Below the pieces are notes generated by a model. It ran no database searches. It saw nothing but the letters and a program-made list of their open reading frames with translations, and was not told the origin of the DNA. A DNA stretch of 64,000 nucleotides from Mobula hypostoma (Eukaryota): assembly GCF_963921235.1 (NCBI RefSeq), contig NC_086097.1, forward strand, positions 55,740,001 through 55,804,000. Direction: 5' to 3'. The position numbers and the translations under genes are program-made. Shown here one piece after another: positions 51,133 through 63,725 of this stretch (position 1 is its first letter; the number at the start of each line of letters is the position of its first letter).

Positions 51133-51659
51133 ATTTTACAGATGAGTGGCCTGACACCAGACTGGCCAGCTCTAGACAAACAGAAGAGCTCATTATATAA
51201 AATTGTGTAGAATCATGTCTCAGGAGTTGCAATATATCCAGATGTAGTAAGATTATTTGCTGTTCCTCAAGCTTACATTGGGCATTTTAAGAAGATTGCA
51301 AGAGACCTATGATAAAGGGTGTCCATGCTGCGTAACTCTATTTAAAAAATATGATTGTGAGAGCAGGTTGGAAATCTGTCATTCACACTACCTGTTCAGC
51401 TGCACATTTCCAGCATCTCCCTTTATCGCAGATTCCAGAGGCCGCTGTGCACTTTCATCTGACAGCTCCAGCATTGTTTTCTTTTCTCTCCCTACAATTG
51501 TTATTCATCTCCTTGTGTTTATGCTTCTCGAGAAACATCACCTGTGATTTACAGGCATTCTTCACTCTCCCGGAGACGGCACAGATGGCATTTGTGTCCG
51601 TTGAGCAACTGTGATCTCTATCCTGTCACAGAGATTCCCCTTTGTTTTCTCCACCTCAG

Positions 51660-53470
51660 CACACTCACCACACCCCCCACCACCGCCATTGTCACACCCC
51701 CCACCGTCACTGTCACCGTCACACCCCACCATCACCGTCACACCCCCACCACTGTCACACCCACCACCACTGTCAACACCGTCAAACCCCCACCACAACT
51801 GTCACACCCACCACCACCACCATCACACCCCCACCACCACTGTCAACACCGTCAAACCCCCACCACAACTGTCACACCCACCACCACCACCATCACACCC
51901 CCACCACCACTGTCAACACCGTCAAACCCCCACCACCACCGTCACACCCCCCACCAACACCGTCACACCCACCACCATTGTCACACCCCCCACCACTGTC
52001 AACACCGTCAAACCCCCACCACCACTGTCAACACCGTCAAACCCCCACCACAACTGTCACACCCACCACCACTGTCAACACCGTCAAACCCCCACCACCA
52101 CTGTCAACACCGTCAAACCCCCACCACAACTGTCACACCCACCACCACCACCATCACACCCCCACCACCACTGTCAACACCGTCAAACCCCCACCACAAC
52201 TGTCACACCCACCACCACTGTCAACACCGTCAAACCCCCACCACCACTGTCAACACCGTCAAACCCCCACCACAACTGTCACACCCACCACCACCACCAT
52301 CACACCCCCACCACCACTGTCAACACCGTCAAACCCCCACCACAACTGTCACACCCACCACCACCACTATCACACCCCCACCACCACTGTCAACACCGTC
52401 AAACCCCCACCACCACCGTCACACCCCCCACCATCACCGTCACACCCACCACCACCGTGAACACTGTCACACCTCCACCACCACTGTCACACCCACCACC
52501 ACTGTCAACACCGTCAAACCCCCACCACCACTGTCAACACCGTCAAACCCCCACCACAACTGTCACACCCACCACCACCACCATCACACCCCCACCACCA
52601 CTGTCAACACCGTCAAACCCCCACCACAACTGTCACACCCACCACCACTGTCAACACCGTCAAACCCCCACCACCACTGTCAACACCGTCAAACCCCCAC
52701 CACAACTGTCACACCCACCACCACCACCATCACACCCCCACCACCACTGTCAACACCGTCAAACCCCCACCACAACTGTCACACCCACCACCACCACTCA
52801 CACCCCCACCACCACTGTCAACACCGTCAAACCCCCACCACCACCGTCACACCCCCCACCAACACCGTCACACCCACCACCATTGTCACACCCCCCACCG
52901 CCATCGTCACACCCCCCATCATCACCATCACACCCCACCATCACCGTCACACCCCCACCACCATCAACACCGTCACACCCACCACCATTGTCACACCCCC
53001 CACCGCCATCGTCACCGTCACACCCCACCATCACCGTCACACCCCACACCACCACCACCGTCAATTCCGTCACACCCCCACCACTGTCAACACCGTCACA
53101 CTCCCACCACTGTCAACACCGTCATACCCCCACTACCACCACCACCACCACAACCCTTACACCCCCATCACTGCCAACACCATCACACCTCGCACCAACA
53201 CTATCACACCCCACCACCACTGTCACACCCCACCATCACCTTCACACCCCCACCACCGTCAACACCGTCACACCCCCCACCACCACCACCATCTTACCCT
53301 GCAACACCATCTCCATCGTCACACCCTGCAACACCTTCACTGTCTCACCCCACCACCACCACTGTCACACCCACCACGACCACCCTCACACCCCCACCAC
53401 CAACACCATCACACCCCTACCACCACCCTCGCACCCCGCACCACCACTACTGTCTCACCCCTCACCATCA
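51660..53470. repeat. 1.8-kb C/A-rich minisatellite with higher-order structure
   Basis: Recurring modules ccaccaccactgtcaacaccgtcaaaccc and ccaccacaactgtcacac, often in a ~69-bp higher-order unit; degenerate at both edges. Confidence 0.97.
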
Positions 53471-53917
53471 CCTGTTTGCAACGTAAACCACACTTGTTTC
53501 ATGCTTTTTCCAGTTCAATTCTATTTTTCTCGCTATGCATACTGCCTGGTCTTCTGAGTTTTTGTAGTATTTTTTGTTCTGGCTTTATCCCAGACTACAT
53601 TGCAGTTCCTTTATCACAAGGATACACTTCCTTGGAAAGCAAGGCCAAAACCTCATGCAACATTCCAGGTGGTATTTCATGGCAGGTGTTTTTGTCTCTA
53701 CTTTTCTATTTAGATGCTGTGTATTACACCTGATTTTCTTCATCCACATAATTAAGATAGCCTGTGAACAGTTTGTACCCCAGCTCTGATCCCGAGCTGA
53801 AAATGACATCTTTATTTCTACCCTGTTTTCTACCCATTAATCAATCCTCAATCCATGCAAGTAAATTACTTCCAATGAGATGTGTTCTAGTTTTGTTTAT
53901 TAATCTCTTGTTGAGAG

Positions 53918-54140
53918 GTTGCATGGTAGCATAGCGATTAGTGTAACACCGTTTCAGTGTAAAAAGTGACGTGGGTTCAATTCCCACTGCTGTCTGTAAG
54001 GAGTTTGCACGTTCTCCCTATAACCCCACGTACCAAACGTAGATTCATTGCTCACATGGATGTAATCGGGCTGCTTCGGCTTGTTGGACCAGAAGGGTCT
54101 GTTCCGTACTGTATCCCTAAATAAAATTAAAAAAAATAAA
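53918..54140 (+). mobile_element. tRNA-derived SINE (internally deleted)
   Basis: Box A tggtagcatagcg, box B gggttcaattccc, aggagtttgcacgttctcc core, A-rich tail. Confidence 0.75.
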
Positions 54141-54474
54141 ACCTTATCGGGTCCCGGTACACCATCTAAGCTCATCTTATAAGTTTTGCCAATTTAGTGC
54201 AAAAAACACAAAAAAGCACCAATTAAATGGTCCAACATGATTTTTCTTTCATAAGTCCATGATGAATCTGTCCAGTCCTTCCATTAATTTCGCTGTTACC
54301 ACTTCCTTAATACAGATCCAAGTAAATGCTCGGCATTGCTGTTTCCAGACCTACTACTCCTTCGTCCTCTGATTGCTCTCACTCACCTTTAAGTTTAAGC
54401 CTGGAGCTTAAACTAGAAAAATGTGAGGTGATGCATTGTGTGAGTCTTAATGGAGCTGAGACATACAATGTAAG

Positions 54475-55745
54475 TAGAACACAGTACAGCAGAGTGCCAG
54501 CTCCTTCGGACCACAATGTTGGTGCCAATCAGAATGCCAATTTCACATAATCTCATCTGCCTGCATCCCTCCATTCTCTTAAATGTTTCTGCTGTATCTG
54601 CATCCACACCTCCCCGGCAGTATGTTACAGGCATCTGCCACTCTCTGTGTGTAAAAAAACTCCCTTGTAATCTCTCTTAAACTTTCCCCTTCTCACCTCT
54701 GGTATTTGACATATCCACCCTGGTAAAATGACTCTGACTATCTACTCTTTCTATACCCCTCATCGTTTACTCCTCAGCCTCCTAGACTCCAGACTAAATA
54801 ATCCAAGTTTGCCCAGCCTCTCCTTATACTTTCTAATCCAGGTCACATTCAGGAGAACAACTTCTGCACCCTCTGCACGTCCTTCCTGCAATAGCAAACA
54901 GAACTGAACCAAAGTTTATACAGTGGCAACATGACTTCCTGACTCTTATACACGACACCTGAACGATGAAGGAAAGTAGGTTGTATACTTTCTTTACCAC
55001 TATATCTGCTTACACTCAGTGGCCACTTTATTAGGTACACCTGTACACTGGCTTATTAATGCAAGTATCTAATTGGTCAATCATGTGGCAGCAACTCAAT
55101 GCATGAGAATGCAGACGTCGCTCACACGTTCAGTTGCTTTTCAGACCAAACATCAGAATGGGGAAGCAATGTGATCAAAGTGGCTTTGACCGTGGAATGA
55201 CTATTGATGCCAGACGCAGAGGGTTTGATTAACTCAGAAATTGCTGATCTCCTGGGATTTTCACACTCAACAGTCTCTAGAGTTTACAGAGAATGGTGCG
55301 AGAAACAAAGAAACATCCAGTGAGTGGCAGTTCCGTGGGCAAAAACAGCTTGTTAATGAGAGAGGTCAGTGGAGAATGGCCGGACTGGCTGAAGCTGACA
55401 GGAAGGTGACAGTAACTGAAATAACCATGAGTTACAACAGTGGTGTGCAGAAGAGCATCACTGAATCCACAACACATCAAACCTTGAAGTGCATGGGCTA
55501 CAGCAGCAGAAGACCTCACCGAGTTCCACTCATACCTAATAAAGTGGCCACACAATATTCTGGGAGATATGGACTTGTACCCCAGGATTACTCTGTTCAT
55601 CAATATATTTAATATCCTGACCAATAACAGCTGGTATTCCATATGGCTTTCTAACCACACTATCTACCAGTGTTGCCATCTTCAAGCGTCTATGACTTGT
55701 ACTCCAAGGCTCCTATGTTCCTTCATGCTTCTTAAGATCCTACTC
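54475..55745 (-). mobile_element. Decayed CR1 3' fragment split by the Tc1 element
   Basis: YKSQEVMLPLYKLW..KDVQRVQK remnant (54849-55040); resumes at ~55560. Confidence 0.65.
55013..55557 (+). mobile_element. Non-autonomous Tc1-family element retaining the transposase DNA-binding region
   Basis: TIR core gtggccactttattaggta / tacctaataaagtggccac, left TA; peptides SEIADLLGFSHSTVSRVYREWCEK and RMAGLAEADRKVTVTEIT..TTHQTLKCMGYSSRRPHRVP (paired-like HTH). Confidence 0.9.
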
Positions 55746-56530
55746 GGAAGGATACAGAAGTTGGAGGTTAAACTCCAGCTTTATAGACTGTTGCTCATAC
55801 TTCAGCAGAAGTACAGCGTGCAGTTCCGGTTACCATGCTATATGAAAGATATATTGTGCTAGAGAAGGTGAGATAATGCTGGAGAGATTCACCTGGATGG
55901 TGCCTGGGATAGAGCTGTTCAGATAAACAGAGAGTCCGGAGAAGTGAGTTCTATCCTCTCTAAAGTGGAGTAGTCTCTGAGGAGAAAATTTTAAAAAGTA
56001 CAAAAATAAACAGAGGTATAAAATATTTTAGGATATACAGTATAGATAGAGTAGACTGCAGGAACCTTTTTCCATAACAAGATAGATAAAGCTAGAGAAC
56101 AAAGATTTGGGGTAAGAGAGAAGGCATTCAGAGAGGATATGAAGGGACCTTCTTCACACAAAGAGTGGTAAATACCTGAAAGCATTGCCAGAGAGAATGG
56201 TTGAAGCACTTTTTACATGTCAGAATAAACTTTATTTTTAATAACATATTATTTGCAAGAATAAACTGTGCAATGCCTCTTTTTTTTCATTCATAGTCAA
56301 TGTGTTATGTAGAGTTCTATTACATTTCTTAAAACCAATTGGATTGTTGCTATTCACGTGGTCCCCTAGAGTGGTACACTATAACAGCTGACTGCATTTA
56401 GAAAGTGTCTAGATGAACACCTTGATCTCTTAGGCATTGAAGCCTATGGACCAGGTGTTGGGAGTTGTGATTAATACAGAAAGGGTACCCACTTATTAGT
56501 TTGGATGAGGTGGAATGAATGGTCTGTTTC
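55745..56530 (+). mobile_element. Decayed CR1 3' fragment with a nested insert (~56210-56385)
   Basis: VKLQLYRLL..YSVQFRLPCYMKD remnant; CR1-like 3' end resumes at ~56390. Confidence 0.6.
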
Positions 56531-57234
56531 CATAATGTACATCTCACTTACTTCTATGACATCTATAAATAGCAGGTTACGTTTACAGAATGGGATAATG
56601 GAAGTTATCTTCCTAAACCTCATTGAGGTTTGCCATAAAATATTCATCACAACTGCAACACTCACCACAAGAATCACCTCCCAAAATTTTCTAAAATATG
56701 GATCTGAACTTCCACAGCAAAAGCCACTCCAAATCTCAGTAAAATAATGTATAAGATATCCATTGCAAATGCAGCACCTAGCAGAAGAAATCCTCCCAAA
56801 ATCTGCTGAAAAATGGGGAAATTCCCGTCAGTGGGCACCATGGTAGTGCTGCCTTGCAACTCCAGGGGCCCAGGTTCGAGCTCGAACACTGGTATTCTCC
56901 ATGTGAAACTTGTATGTTCGTTCCATGATCAGTTTCTTCTCACAACCTCAAAGTTAGCTTGCTACTCTAAATTACTGTAAAGTGAAACAAAAGGCACTTT
57001 CGTCCCTGAATTATACAATTGTCCAGAGTGATGGTGAGGCTAAACCTTGAATATTCTTTCCAGTTTTCAACAAAAAAAATCAATCTGCTGGAGGAACTCA
57101 GGCAGCATTTGTGGGCAGAAAGGAACTATCAATTTTTTGGGTTAAAACTTACATTAGTCACTCTAGCCTGTATCAACAGTTCAATAAGATTCTGGCTGAT
57201 GTCTTACCTCAGCTCCACTTCCCTACATTAACAT

Positions 57235-57560
57235 CATCTTTACGAGTCGGTTCCTCAAGAAGGCAACATCTATCATTAAAGACCCTCACATCCAGGATAT
57301 GCAGTCTTCACATTTGTACCATTAGGGAGGAGGTACAGGAGCCTGAAGACCCATACTCAATGATTTAGGAACAGCTTCTTCTCCACCATCAGATTTCTGA
57401 ACAGCCCATGACCCCAGGTGCTACCTGAATATTTATTTATTTAGCACTACTTGTTTATTTTGCAGTTTATAATAATTTGTGTTTGCACTGTACTGCTTCC
57501 ACAAAACAATAAATATCATGTCCTGTAAGTCAATGAAAATAAACTTGATTCTGGTTCTGA
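57235..57560 (+). mobile_element. Rex1/Babar-like 3' fragment
   Basis: IIKDPHIQD..GRRYRSLKTHTQ*FRNSFF remnant; AATAAA + (TTCTGA)-like tail. Confidence 0.75.
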
Positions 57561-58544
57561 TCTCTTACTTTAATAGCTAAAACTCTATTGATATCTAACT
57601 TGAATATACTTGACGACTGAGCACCCACAGCCTTCACTGTGAGTGCTAAAATTTACTGTGATATATTTCAATTGAGCCAGTGATTTCATTTTTGAGATTG
57701 GGACTCTTGCTGCTAGATTCGTCAGTCAGGGGAAGCATTAACTCAACAGCAAGCTTCATAAAACTTTGAGGACTTGAATGGCACCACCTCTCATTCTTCT
57801 AAACCTATGAAAGTGTGAGCATAGTCTGCTTAATCTCTTCTGTGACAAACCTGCCGACTGTTTTGGTGAACCTTTGCTGTACAGCATTCCCTCTGTTGGA
57901 AGCATACTCTACCCTAAGTGGGTAGGCCAAATATGTACACAATATTCCACGTCGACCTCATGGAGACACTATAGAATTGGAGCAAGATATCCCTGTTCTT
58001 GAACCTCAGGGTACAGGAAATGCGATGGTACGGAAAATAAGTCTGCTGTCTCAAGCTCTGGTGGCCGGGTTTCTATCGTGACGTCTGGTGCTACTTGTGC
58101 AGAGTTTTCCCATTCCATGTGTGACACTGTGGGTTTCTAGTGCACATCTTAGTTTCCACCAAAATCCCAGATATATGCTGGTCAATAGTTTATTGCTGTC
58201 TGTTGTGGTGAAGGTGAGAGGTAGAATATGTGGGCAGTTGATAAGAAGGTGGGGTGAATCAGATGGACCTGTCTCCGTGCTGTGACTCTAAATGCACGTG
58301 ATAAAAACCATCATGCTTGCCTTAACTGTTGGCACATTAATTTCCTATGATCAAGATACTAAGATACCTAGAACTCTCTGAACACCAACAATTTTCAGCC
58401 TCTCACCTCTTAAAAGATATGCAGCCCTACTATTTTTTTCTAAACAAAGCGAATGAGCACAGATTTCCCTCATTATATTTCCGTTTCATTTTGTTAATTT
58501 TGCCAGCACCTGTATGCTTCATTTATACATTTTCTGTAGCTCTG

Positions 58545-59105
58545 GGGTTCCTTGAGGTTGTTATAGCCAGGAGTGCCAGTAGGGATAAGCTCCTACTACC
58601 TATCAAATGCTCCTGATGGCATGCATCTCAAATAGCCTGTAACAACCAAGGCCAGCTCCTGGCCTTCACGTGGAGCTTAGCTACTGAGCCTACTGGACCT
58701 GTTTCTACTGACAGGTGAAGGGGAAAAGGTGCCTTCAAACCAGTTACTTCAGGCAGATGGGGCTCGTCAGCCATGTTTGGCAGCTCATCCAGGAGAAGAA
58801 GAACTCTGGCCCCATGCCTCCGCTGCCTTGCACTTATGCCTATTCATGGGGAAGGCTTTGGGAGTAAACCCTGAAGAAAAACCTGGAGCTGGAGGCCCTA
58901 AGGCAGTCCTGCATTGAGTTCAGCATCGACACCGCTGGTGCCAGGCAGTATTAGTCTTTGCCATTCCTTTGAATTCATCATCTGCATAAAGGGGGCAGCC
59001 CGCTGCATGGGCAAAAGCTTGCTCTCCGCATTTTACTGCCCTGGCTTGTGGATCACGTAAATAGCTAGGATGCAATATCTATGGTCAACCTCAGCCAACG
59101 ATGGT
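58545..59105 (+). mobile_element. GC-richer interspersed repeat resembling an RTE-clade 5' UTR or derived SINE
   Basis: gatggggctcgtcagcc..ggcagctcatccaggagaagaagaactct resembles RTE-type 5' regions as I recall them; not verified. Confidence 0.4.
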
Positions 59106-59980
59106 AGCTCTGACACAGAGCCAGCCGAGCGAGAGATTGCCAGGGAACGGTCTGTCTGACCTGGGTAGGTCTCTTGCACTTTTTGAGGCCCAGTCATAAT
59201 CTTCACTCAGATCTCAAAGCAATATTAAGAAAAAGAGCTTGTTTTCCAGCAGTCCTTGAGAATTTGGAAGTAATCGATTCAAAGTTCATTGTGAGTTTTA
59301 ATACAACTTACAAAAATAGGGTAAAATATAAAATAATACAAACACAATCAATGTGCTTTCCTCGTTGAATATCAACTGGTATTAGATAATATTGAAGAGA
59401 ATTTTCCTCCTGTTTTTCTACCTGGTCCCAGGCAATACAATTCTCCTGCATTACAAGAGTTGTACAGCCTTGATGTCCCAATCTGATCTGTCATTCCAAT
59501 TTGGGCAAGGAAAAATAGCAGTCTGAATATTATAGCAAAATCACATCTTTGTTGCAATGCCAAGGGAGTCTGTAAAGCTCATTGTTCATGCAGCAGGACT
59601 GGAAAGCTTCATCCATCCTGTCTCTACAAATGATCTCTCTGCTTGGACTTAATCTTAAAATACCTAAAAGCAGTTTTGTTATCTGAATGCAAATTACAAC
59701 CTGCAAAAATGATGGTAGTTTACAAAACTGCTTCTCTTCACAATTTCCATAGAAGTAGCGATGAAATAGTCTTCAGGGCGACATGCTTTGAAGTAGCCTC
59801 CAAAAAATACATTGCTTGCTCTTCCTCAGGAACTTTGGCAGGTAAGGATTTTAACGAACCAATCGCGGATTACATAATTGGTAACCAATGGCACATATAC
59901 CCACACACACACACACACACCCAAACGGACTGATCACCGGACACATAAAAGATGAACAATTACCACCATGTCATCCGAAG

Positions 59981-60024
59981 TTGCACTGATGATACTGCCT
60001 AGCTGGGTAACAAAATGTCTGCAA
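59981..60024 (+). ncRNA. Second-family minimal hammerhead relic within a PLE-like 3' fragment (~59860-60066)
   Basis: ttgca-CTGATGA-tactgcctagctgggtaac-AAAA-TGTC-tgcaa: perfect 5-bp stem I; cGAAAcg appears as cAAAAtg. Confidence 0.6.
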
Positions 60025-60067
60025 ACTAACAAGCCAGCATGGCAAACTGCTCAACAACAACAAACCT

Positions 60068-60640
60068 GGCATGTCCTCAGTGACCCTTATCAATTTGTAT
60101 CAATGCACCATAGAAAGCATCCTATCTGGATGCATCATGGCTTGGTATGTCCACTGCTATGCACATAACCTCAAGAAGCAGTAGAGTTGTGAACGCAGCT
60201 CAGCACATTACCATCCCCTCCATGGACTATGTCTGTATTTCTTTATGCCTCAGTAAAGTCAGCATAATCAATAACCCAGCCCATTCTGGGCATTCTGTCT
60301 TCTCCTCTCTCCCCCCAGCCAGAAGAAGCAAAAGCCTGAAAGCACGTACCGCTAGGCTCAAGGACAGATTCTACCCCTCTGTTACAAGGATATTAAATTG
60401 TTCCCTTGAATGATAAGATGAACTCTTGACCTCACGAACTACTTTGTGATGATCTTTCACTTTATTGTCTATCTGGATTGCACTCTCTCTGTAGCTGTTG
60501 CACTTCATTCTGCATTCTGTTGTTGTTTTAGCTTGTACTATCTCAATGCACTGTGCATTGAATTAACCTGCATGAACAGTATGCATGGCAAGCTTCACAC
60601 TGTACCTTGGCACATGTGACAATAATGAACTAATTCCACT
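60068..60640 (+). mobile_element. Rex1/Babar-like 3' fragment
   Basis: ORF 60147-60413 RVVNAAQHIT..ARTARLKDRFYPSVTRILN; gcacatgtgacaataa 3' end. Confidence 0.8.
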
Positions 60641-63409
60641 TCTAATGGTCTCACTTCATCCTTGTATTATTTCCAGTTACAAAGCTTTTCACGCACTGAT
60701 CATTGTTTTCTCGCTTGAGGTTAAATAACAGAATTTCTTGCTCTTCAGTTGGCATGTGTTTTGTCAGATCTTCAGGCAGATTTGTCATAATTGCCTTCAG
60801 GGATTTGCATTTTAACCTGCATTGCGGATGTTGGTTCAGATTTTCATGCGTTGTCACAGATAATACACACGATGTGGGAAGAAAATGTCACATAGTGCCT
60901 TGTGTTGATGGAATCGCTTGAGTAAGATATGGGTGGAAAACTTTAAAAAGACTTCTTCAGTACATCTTAGGTATATCTTGATGAAACCCCTGGACTCTCC
61001 CTGCCCCTACCATAGGGTCTATTCTTTGCTTTCCTAACTGTTTGATATAACTCTTTGATATAACTCTTTGATATTTTTTAAATTTTTACCTTCCTTCTGG
61101 CTTTAAATCTGGAAATCACTGAAATATAAATAGAGCAATGGTCGATATATGCAATCTGTATTTATTGCTCAGGATTGATTTTGAGAGTCACTATATGGCA
61201 GTGTTTCATATTTTGAATGTTCAGTTTTGATGTATGTTGCCGAAGTTAGGTCTGGACAAGATCGACATTACCCACCCACTTGCTAGGCAAACCAACAATT
61301 TACATCCTCTGCTTATGTGATTAAGTAGCATAATGATCCATGGCATTTCCCTCATTGTACATGCATATGAATGATAAATATTTCCTATTGCTTGGCTTTG
61401 CTGTCCACACGAAGAAAAGCACAATATCCCATTTTCACCTCTCTGCTGTTCTCGGGCTGATTAATAATGACCCCCTCAGTGCTGGCAGGATAATGTTTCC
61501 CTGTAACACCATTAATAAGGTTTCATATTCTATTGGAAGCATTACACACCTGAGACATTTAATACTCACCATAAGTATATCTTGATGAAATCCCTGGACT
61601 CTCCATGCCCCAACCACAGTGTCTATTCTTTGCTTACTTTTTTCAAAAGGGTGACACCTGTGACTTTTACTGGGGAGAGAGTTGCAGTCAAAACACACTA
61701 CTGATTTTCCACTGAGTGCAAGCAGGCTCCTCTGCTCCCTGAATACACAAACTCACTTCAACACCCGAATCACAGAATGGTTATTGAGGCCTAAGAGTTT
61801 TCTTTGATTACCTGAAATGTCAAGTGGATGGCAGAATCACAGTTGTGTAAGTAAATCAATTTTCAGAGAGAACAATAGAACTCCCGGAGTACCAAAAAAG
61901 AATTGAGACTGCCAAATTATTGTCAATATTTCAATGCACTTTTGTTTACAGCCAGTAGAGGGCATGACAGTCAAAAATTTTGACAACCTTTTGAAAAAAG
62001 AATGTTCGGTATCAGAGATTTGCCGCAGCTTGTCTTGTATACATTTTTCCATGCATGTATGCGGGTTGAAAGAAATGCTGTGGACACACACACACATGTC
62101 TTATTTTTAAATTTGCTTCATATGAGTAATCCTTATTGGACCAGCATTGTGAATCATCAAGAACCAACACTTCAAAAACACAGATTTTATTCCACAAACT
62201 GTGGACTTTTAACTGGATGTGCAAATATCTATATATATATATATATAAGGAACTTTAAATCTGTTGCCTTTCATATGTTGATGAAATCTAGTTATCCTAA
62301 GATTGAAAAAAACTATTTGGAAATTTAAGCATATGCTTTCTGTATTAATATATTTTACCAACACAACTAATATCAACATGCATGCTCATTAGATATTTAA
62401 TTCCAATGATACCACGCTATTAAAGTGCAACAGATAATTATACAAGATGAGCACCAGTGGGATATGAAATTTATTGCAGGGTTTATCTCACCAGGTAACT
62501 CAAATACAATTAAATCCATCACGTGCTCTTGATATGTTAAATGTAACCATGAAGATAGTAATCACTATTTGTTTCTTTATTGTGATTATTTTTCTCTAAA
62601 AGCCAAACATGGATTTGACGTGTGTCTGCGACATCCATTAATATAATGTTACTTTTATTTGTGGTGGTAAGTACAAAACTGTTGGAGTAAATGAAACCTA
62701 ATATTAACCAAAGTATTTTCTGTGAGGGTGCATTTCCTTAGCTGACTTTTTCCACTTGTTCATCATGTGGATAGTCTATGTCAACAGACAGTAGCACCCT
62801 GAATGGAGAACCTACTCAGCCAAGCCGGTGATTTCTCAAGGAACTTGCAGCACAGATCACTGAACAATGAGTGGAAGTCTGTACTGCTTGGAAATAGGCC
62901 ATTTGGCTCACTGTACCCATGCTGACTAGTGGGCACCCTTGCATTTTAATCTGATCATTTGTCCTGTAGTCGTCAATGCCTAGGTGTTTCAAGTGCTTGT
63001 CTGGATACCTGCTAAGTGCGGTCAGTGACTCTGCTTCCACTGCTCGGTGACCTTTTACTTCCTACAGTAAGCTATGATTGCTAAAGACAGTTTTAACATT
63101 TCACTGTTATGGAATCTAAAATGTGTATCTTTCATACACTGATCATCATCGCTGCTCTTGTGAATGACAATGGACATTTTCTCATTCCATCCCCGTATGA
63201 GGCTGATTGTTAGAAAGTGGAGTTGCTGCCATCCTTTAGACCGGTGCCTCCAGTCTAAGCAATAGCCAGCTATTACTTTCTAACGAAATGGTGAAGGGTG
63301 AGTAAGATCTTGGTTCTTCATTCATAATAGCTTGTAATTATATGGGACCATAAGAAAGTTTCTAAAACAAAAGTGCATCAAACTTGTACATCCTTTGGCT
63401 GTAGACATC

Positions 63410-63725
63410 CTTGTAGTAGCGCGATACCGCAATTGTTAACATAATGCTATTACAGGACCAGTTCAATTCCCACCAGTGACCCTAAGCAGTTTGTATGTTC
63501 TCTCCATAAGAATACGGGTTCTTCTGGGTGTTCCAGTTTGTTCCCACATTGCAATGGTGTACAGTCAGGGTTAGTAAGTTGTTGGCATGCTATGTTGGTA
63601 CCGAGAGTATGACCACATTTGCGGGCTGCCCAGCACAATCCTCGCTGTTTTACTTTGACGCAAACAACGCATTCCACTGTATGTTTCGATGTACAGGTGG
63701 CAAATAAAGCTAATCTTTATCTTTA
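63410..63725 (+). mobile_element. V-SINE-like element with a Rex1-type 3' tail
   Basis: Box B agttcaattccc, core gtttgtatgttctc..gggttcttctgggtgttccagttt, tail gtacaggtggcaaataaagctaatctttatcttt. Confidence 0.7.

Noticed and set aside
51660..53470. CRISPR-like repeat array
   Set aside because: No unique spacers, no cas genes, eukaryotic context
51544..53733. 729-, 648- and 272-aa His/Pro/Thr-rich ORFs (mucin- or extensin-like)
   Set aside because: Long ORFs in all three + frames arise because the C/A-rich repeat rarely forms stop codons; the same peptides recur across frames; no ATG start, splice or domain evidence
53918..53995. tRNA gene
   Set aside because: A and B boxes belong to a SINE head; no cloverleaf, and it continues into SINE core and tail
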